This document shows positions 58,462 through 64,000 of a DNA stretch of 64,000 bases, piece by piece; position 1 is the stretch's first letter; every line of letters starts with the position of its first letter. The notes under the pieces were generated by a model. That model saw nothing but the letters and a program-made list of their open reading frames with translations. It was not told the origin of the DNA and searched no databases. The translations under genes and the position numbers were made by a program. The DNA lies in the NCBI RefSeq assembly GCF_947568905.1, contig NC_079171.1, forward strand, positions 48,856,001 to 48,920,000, given 5' to 3'. The stretch is from Ostrea edulis (lineage: Eukaryota).

Positions 58462-61400
58462 CTATAGAAAACAAGCTTAACTGATCTAAACTTCATAAAC
58501 TATATAATTATTTTTCAAATAAACTGATGAGTAATTCATTTCTTCTACTATGACAATATTTGCGGAAGTATTATAATGGAATAATGAATGTATGCCTATC
58601 AAAATTGATCTTTTTGCTAGTTTTAAAATGTTTGAGCATAAATCTCGATGTATTATTCTTTATTTTATATAGAACAATGACCTAAATCCAGGGATATGAC
58701 ATAAGCCTGATGTTGATATGTCATTGTTGATATGATCACATCTAATTGTTATATTTACGTAGTTTATCTTCAAAGATACATCGAGCAAGGGTTAGCCAAA
58801 TGTTTCACTATGGAACTTTTGCATTACACAAATATGTGATCTAATTTATTTCTTTGTTTAAAGCTGTACTCTAGATTTTGTGAAGGAAACAAGATATGTG
58901 TTGGGAAAACACAAAATACAGAATGGAAAATGAAAACTCTATCATTAACCATTTTAAAGTCATGAGCAAGGTTAAAGTTTTGCACAAACAAGACAAAAAA
59001 GTACCCCCCCCCCCCCCCCCGACTTTATTCACGGAGCATAACAATGAAGAAAATGTTGAATAGATATTGTGAATTATTGCGGTATTTCGTACCCCAAAGG
59101 GAATTCATCACAATATATCTAATTTCATTACACATATAGTGGAAGTGTAAATATTGTTATCCCTTTGGCAATGATTATATCTTAGATTGTTTTAATCAAA
59201 TTAAAAACTTTACTGTGAACTGGCAAACATGGAGATTTAATTCTATTTGAAATACCTACATGAGTAAACATTAGTCCGTTTTTGATCTACTTGCACGATA
59301 TCTTGAAGAGCTTTACGCAAAAGAACACGGCATGTATAATATAGAATGGGAGGGAGATATATTTTACCAAAAGCTCCTGTGTATATTACAAACAGCATAA
59401 ACTGGAGGAGGATGAGTATCATTGTAACATTTGCTCACTTTGGAAAAAATTTTCCTACCTGCAAGTAAAAACAGAGCTTAGTTTCAAGTAATCTTTCAAG
59501 AAGCCAGGTGGTATAACACTGCACACCAAGTCGAAGCAGATAAATCAATATGAGGTATCAATCAGATAAAAATATACACCAATGGTATTAAATAAACAAT
59601 CAACGACAAAAAAAGGAAAATGAGGTACTCTACTGTACATTAAATGTTTCTTAATAAAAAATCATGGAATATGAATTCATGACCAGAAGGGACATGCTCG
59701 CGGTGGGAATGACCAGTCAGCCGGGTATACTTACACTTAGGTACCTGCTCCCATCTTTGGCGTTTAAAGGAGTTTCATTTTTGCCCTAATATCCTCCTAG
59801 GTACCTGATCCCACCTCTGGTGTGTCCAGGGATCCGTGTTTACCCAACTATCTTTTTAGTATTGCTTATAGGAGTTATGAGATTGATCGCTGTTCGTTAT
59901 CACCTTGCATCAATTTGGCATTCTTTTTTGGATTCATGACATTGATCACTGTTTTGTCCTTATCTTCACTTTTTTATGTAATAATGCATGCATAAATATA
60001 AACTAAGATTAAAATAAACAAACCCAAATTGGGCCTTCGAATTAGTAAAATGAATTTAGGTGGGTATAAGATAAAATGCAACATGACATTGTATTGCCAT
60101 TTTAGGAATGTATCTTGTAAGTATAATATATTTTCCAAAAGATGATTTTGTTATTGCATAACATGAATCTGGAGGGTTTTTTTGAAAGAAAAAAAACATC
60201 GTTTGTTAACCCCATTTAACCTCCATGGTAAAATTTAAAATTCTGAAAACTTATTGCATATCACCAAGACATAAATTTTCATAATCCAAAATATTAATTG
60301 GTTACTCCTTAAAATAAAGTATGAATTTGAGGAAGAAGAAAGTGTGACGGTCAGACCGAAGGAGGGACGGACGAATGGGCATATCAAGATAACAACAACA
60401 TATACACGAACTTTACACGAACTTTCTCTAGAAAGTGTTGGTATAATGAAAACAAATCAAATTTGGTGTAAGTTGTATGAAGGTATGCTTTCCTCACTAA
60501 GAGAAATGAAATAACAGAAAGCAATAAGGTTTTTCGTCTTTCGCTTGCTTGGATATCCTAAACCTATATTAATTATCAAAATTGATATTCATAAGAGAGG
60601 TCAATACCATGTTCACCTATTTTCAAAAGTAAAGCAGGTTTTTGTTAGAAAAATGTGTTTATTTATTTTAAAGCACATACTAGGGAGTAAGAAATAAAAT
60701 ATAGATGAGTTGACGAGATGTTCAGATTAAAACAAACCGAAATTATTGGTACTAAACAAAAGTAATAAGGTTTTTGTGACTAATGTTCATGTTACAAACT
60801 TTGCATTAAACACATTGGTGATAACGTATACATAGTATTCAGTTGAAATTATTCTGAACTTTACACAGGTATTGCATGATATTCTTACCTGCAGAAGGTA
60901 AAATCAACAAACAAAATAAATCCTTTGTCTCCAGTACACACAGTTTATTTCTGGGACGGTTGATTTTGATGCGATAACACAGAGGTTATTTTATCAATCG
61001 TATGCACAATACAAAACGTAAGATTCCTTCACTCAGATACACCTCACACTGGGAAGTTTATTTTCTCAAGGCTGATCCGATAAAACAGAGGTCAATTTAT
61101 TTCGGTGAGGTATTTCGTATCTATGCACTACCCTTACCAATGATTTTGATTAAGGTATTCCGCTTTTAAAAAAGGGATCGGTGATTATGATGTTAATCTT
61201 TTTCTCTTTATCATGTCTTAGTGTATATCAAAACGACTGGATAGATTTTCTTATTTTTGATATCTAAATGCCACGCGGTTATTTCATACTTTTCTCAAGA
61301 ATTACTTCAGGTTCAGACTAGTTCTCTTTTCTGTTTAATTATGTAAGGACTATTCTATCCATTAATTTTCTTCGAAGGGAATCAAGATATCGCTTCAAGA

Positions 61401-63886
61401 CTTTCCAGAATTGAAAAAAGAGTGAAAAGGTTTGTAAATATGTTTAATATATATCTTTTCAGAAGCCACTTTCCCGATTTAGAATTTTTCATCCTCCTTA
61501 CTCCAAATTGAACGATTTTCGAACACCATATTTCTATTGCATCTTTTACACAATATATGATTCTTTCATTTTAATTATATTTATGCCAAATGGAACACGA
61601 CCAGTGACTAGCTATTGACAAGGCGATAACGATATAATGATGGAGTAAGAGCACACGGGATTTAGAGAATATAATGATCCGAGTTGTAATCACTGATTCA
61701 TTGAACTTTGAAAGCACTGAATCTTTTGAGTTCACCTCAAGGTCATTTTGATAATATCAAGGTCATAAGAAGAAAGTATGATTTCCATGAAACCTGGTCA
61801 TCACATTTGTTGATTACACCACTGTCCTGATAAATGTGCAATTCAAATTGTAATTTCTCAATCAATTTTGTTAACGGAGCCACCATGTATAGGGCGCCCA
61901 TATCAAATTGTGACCCATATATCCATCGCGAGGTTATTGAGGGACCAGGAATCCATGATTGAAACTGAAATATTAATATGATGTATTTTCTTTATCAAAT
62001 GTTGTTGGTTAAAACAATGTTTAGAACAAAAGAACATAGCCCAAGTGTCATGGTTTGGTAACCGTGTTATAGTATTTATAATTATTAAACCAACAATTAT
62101 CAACCATTGGTAACAATAAAGGAAGGGCATTGCGCTTTCTGAATACGGTGTGTCAGTTATGGAGCATTGATTATTAAAACAAAAACACAAAAAGGGCGAC
62201 TTGGGCGACCAATAGAAACAAGAGAACAGACATGCTGATAGAACGATATAAATCAATTAAAGGTGTACTTTTGCTATCGTTCTCTATATATCTCTATGTC
62301 TGAGGTATCTGTTATGCTCCATCACTAACATTTCACGAAAATAGTATAAGATGTGTACTCACTATCTTGTGTTCCGGTTTGATTACCCAGCAATCCATCA
62401 TTTTAAAACAAATTAAAAAGACACAGCGACAGTTTTATATCACTCTATCAGCATATCTGATCCATTTTTGTTGGTCTCCAAAATTGTCTGTTTTCAAGAT
62501 CATTTTCAGAAAGGATATCTAGAAAACACATAGAAGTATTTTCTATCATGCCCGAAAATGCCCGTGAGTTCTTACCTTCAATCTATTTGAAAAGACATGA
62601 TAGACACTCTTGAAACATGACTTAAAATATATTAAATGTGTACAAAAAAGACTAATAATACTTGATAAATACCCACTCTGCACCTTCACTTCGTCGTTGA
62701 ATACAGCCAAACCCACCCTGAGGGCACAGATTATCAAATCTAGCAAATACGAAATAGCACCAATCAAGATATATGCTGATGATTTTGATTACCCCTTCTC
62801 TACTGTACCGGTCAATTTGACCGGTGACGCGTGAAAACAGGCCAACGCAAAAGGACTGCCTCTAAATCTTTGGAACTACGGTCATAAGATATATGATCTA
62901 TATATCATATTTTTGGAAATTTTCTCCATTTTTTAACAAGGTAAAAATCAGTTAAGTATATGAAGGAATTAAATTATACAAGCGTTTAAAGTGAAAGATG
63001 GCATCGTCTAAATATGAAGGAATGCTTTGTCGCAAGGCCATTTTCCCTCTCATACGATTTTTTTTAATTTTCCATATGAATGCATTATTTTTTGTATATT
63101 TTTGAAAGGCATTTATTCCCTGCTTTAGAACATATAAAATTAGTTTAATGCCTGGTAAAGTTATAAGAAAATATCATTGTTTGAACATGTACGCTTGCTT
63201 ACGGTTTTATTTCTCAATATTTAAACAGATCGGCGTTTTACCGATATCCATGTATGAAAATAGGGAAAAGTAAATACAGTCTGTAAAAATAGAGGAAATA
63301 TTCTTTTTGATGGGCCCTTATTCGTGTTATAATTCTTGGTAGTTTTTATATTACGATAAAATGAAATTCGGGCATGCTGATGGTTTTCTTTGATATTAGA
63401 GACAAAGCGTCGTCGCTGAAAGCGATCGTCGCGCGTCGCACAATAAAGTAATGAAAACTATTTGTATGCCCTATATTGGTAATTCAATACTTTTTGATAC
63501 ACTAAAACAATATACACATATGTATGGAAGAATCAGCCAGGTAATCTCTGCTTTTAAAAAAAGTATAAAACCATTATTGGTGAATAACAGTTACACCACC
63601 TACTTGTAACTCCATAAAACACCTAATGAGAATGTGACATCAGTAGAGTGAATTAAAAAATAATAATTCGGATATAAACGTTATGTAATATTTGTTCGGA
63701 ATAGTAGTCTTTTTTTTTTTGCCAAACAAAGAAAACAAAAAACCAGTTTGCTTATTTTATATACAGGTACTTTTTCTGTGATCCGGATCGCGGCCACGGG
63801 GTTTTCTGAAAGTGTCAACGGGCAACACACGGGTTTCCGTTTCAACGCGAACGCTTGTAATGTATTTTACATCTTCAAACGACCTG

Positions 63887-63960
63887 ATGACAGATGAAGA
63901 AGATGCACTGGATCTCATGTTGCAGGATGACCCAAACGATCATACATTCAGTATAAACAT
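63887..63960 (+). CDS. Possible first coding exon of a gene leaving the window (MTDEEDALDLMLQDDPNDHTFSIN...)
   Basis: ATG-initiated open frame ending at a strong donor |gtaagt; no homology recognised. Confidence 0.3.
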
Positions 63961-64000
63961 GTAAGTTGATGTAGCCACATAGGCCGACTAGAAAAAAAGA

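Noticed and set aside
1-64000. Prokaryotic systems (CRISPR arrays, operons, retrons) suggested by the RT and bacterial-like dynamins
   Set aside because: Spliceosomal introns, SINEs and microsatellites show the DNA is eukaryotic; no regularly spaced repeat-spacer array was found; the RT is Penelope-type.

Overview
This is AT-rich, intron-containing animal DNA, probably from a bivalve and most likely an oyster (inferred from the repeat families), with one assembly gap (18320-18452). All exon models below were built by hand from GT-AG sites and phase matching. Gene A (minus, 7 coding exons, 14283->2302, ~583 aa) is a bacterial-dynamin-like (Dynamin_N) GTPase with intact G1-G4 motifs. Gene B (plus, 13 coding exons, 19917->39521, ~863 aa) is a divergently transcribed paralog with TWO GTPase modules fused in frame. 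Its five-exon module is duplicated, and the first copy has lost the G3 motif (DTPG->EIPE). Gene C (minus, at least 10 exons, 58461->~41636) encodes a galactose-binding/fucolectin-like domain, 4 EGF/laminin-like repeats and 3 TSP1 repeats; its N-terminus is unresolved. Introns and spacers hold about 20 fragments of a Naiad-type Penelope-like retroelement, a GIY-YIG Penelope remnant, modular tRNA-head SINEs, MITEs, Helitron-related satellite elements and microsatellites. Five minimal type-I hammerhead ribozyme motifs from two families are present. Two of them delimit a 364-nt monomer in a tandem, retrozyme-like repeat (8829-9447). The strongest leads are the tandem pseudo-GTPase/GTPase dynamin-like gene paired head-to-head with a single-domain paralog, and the retrozyme-like hammerhead repeat.
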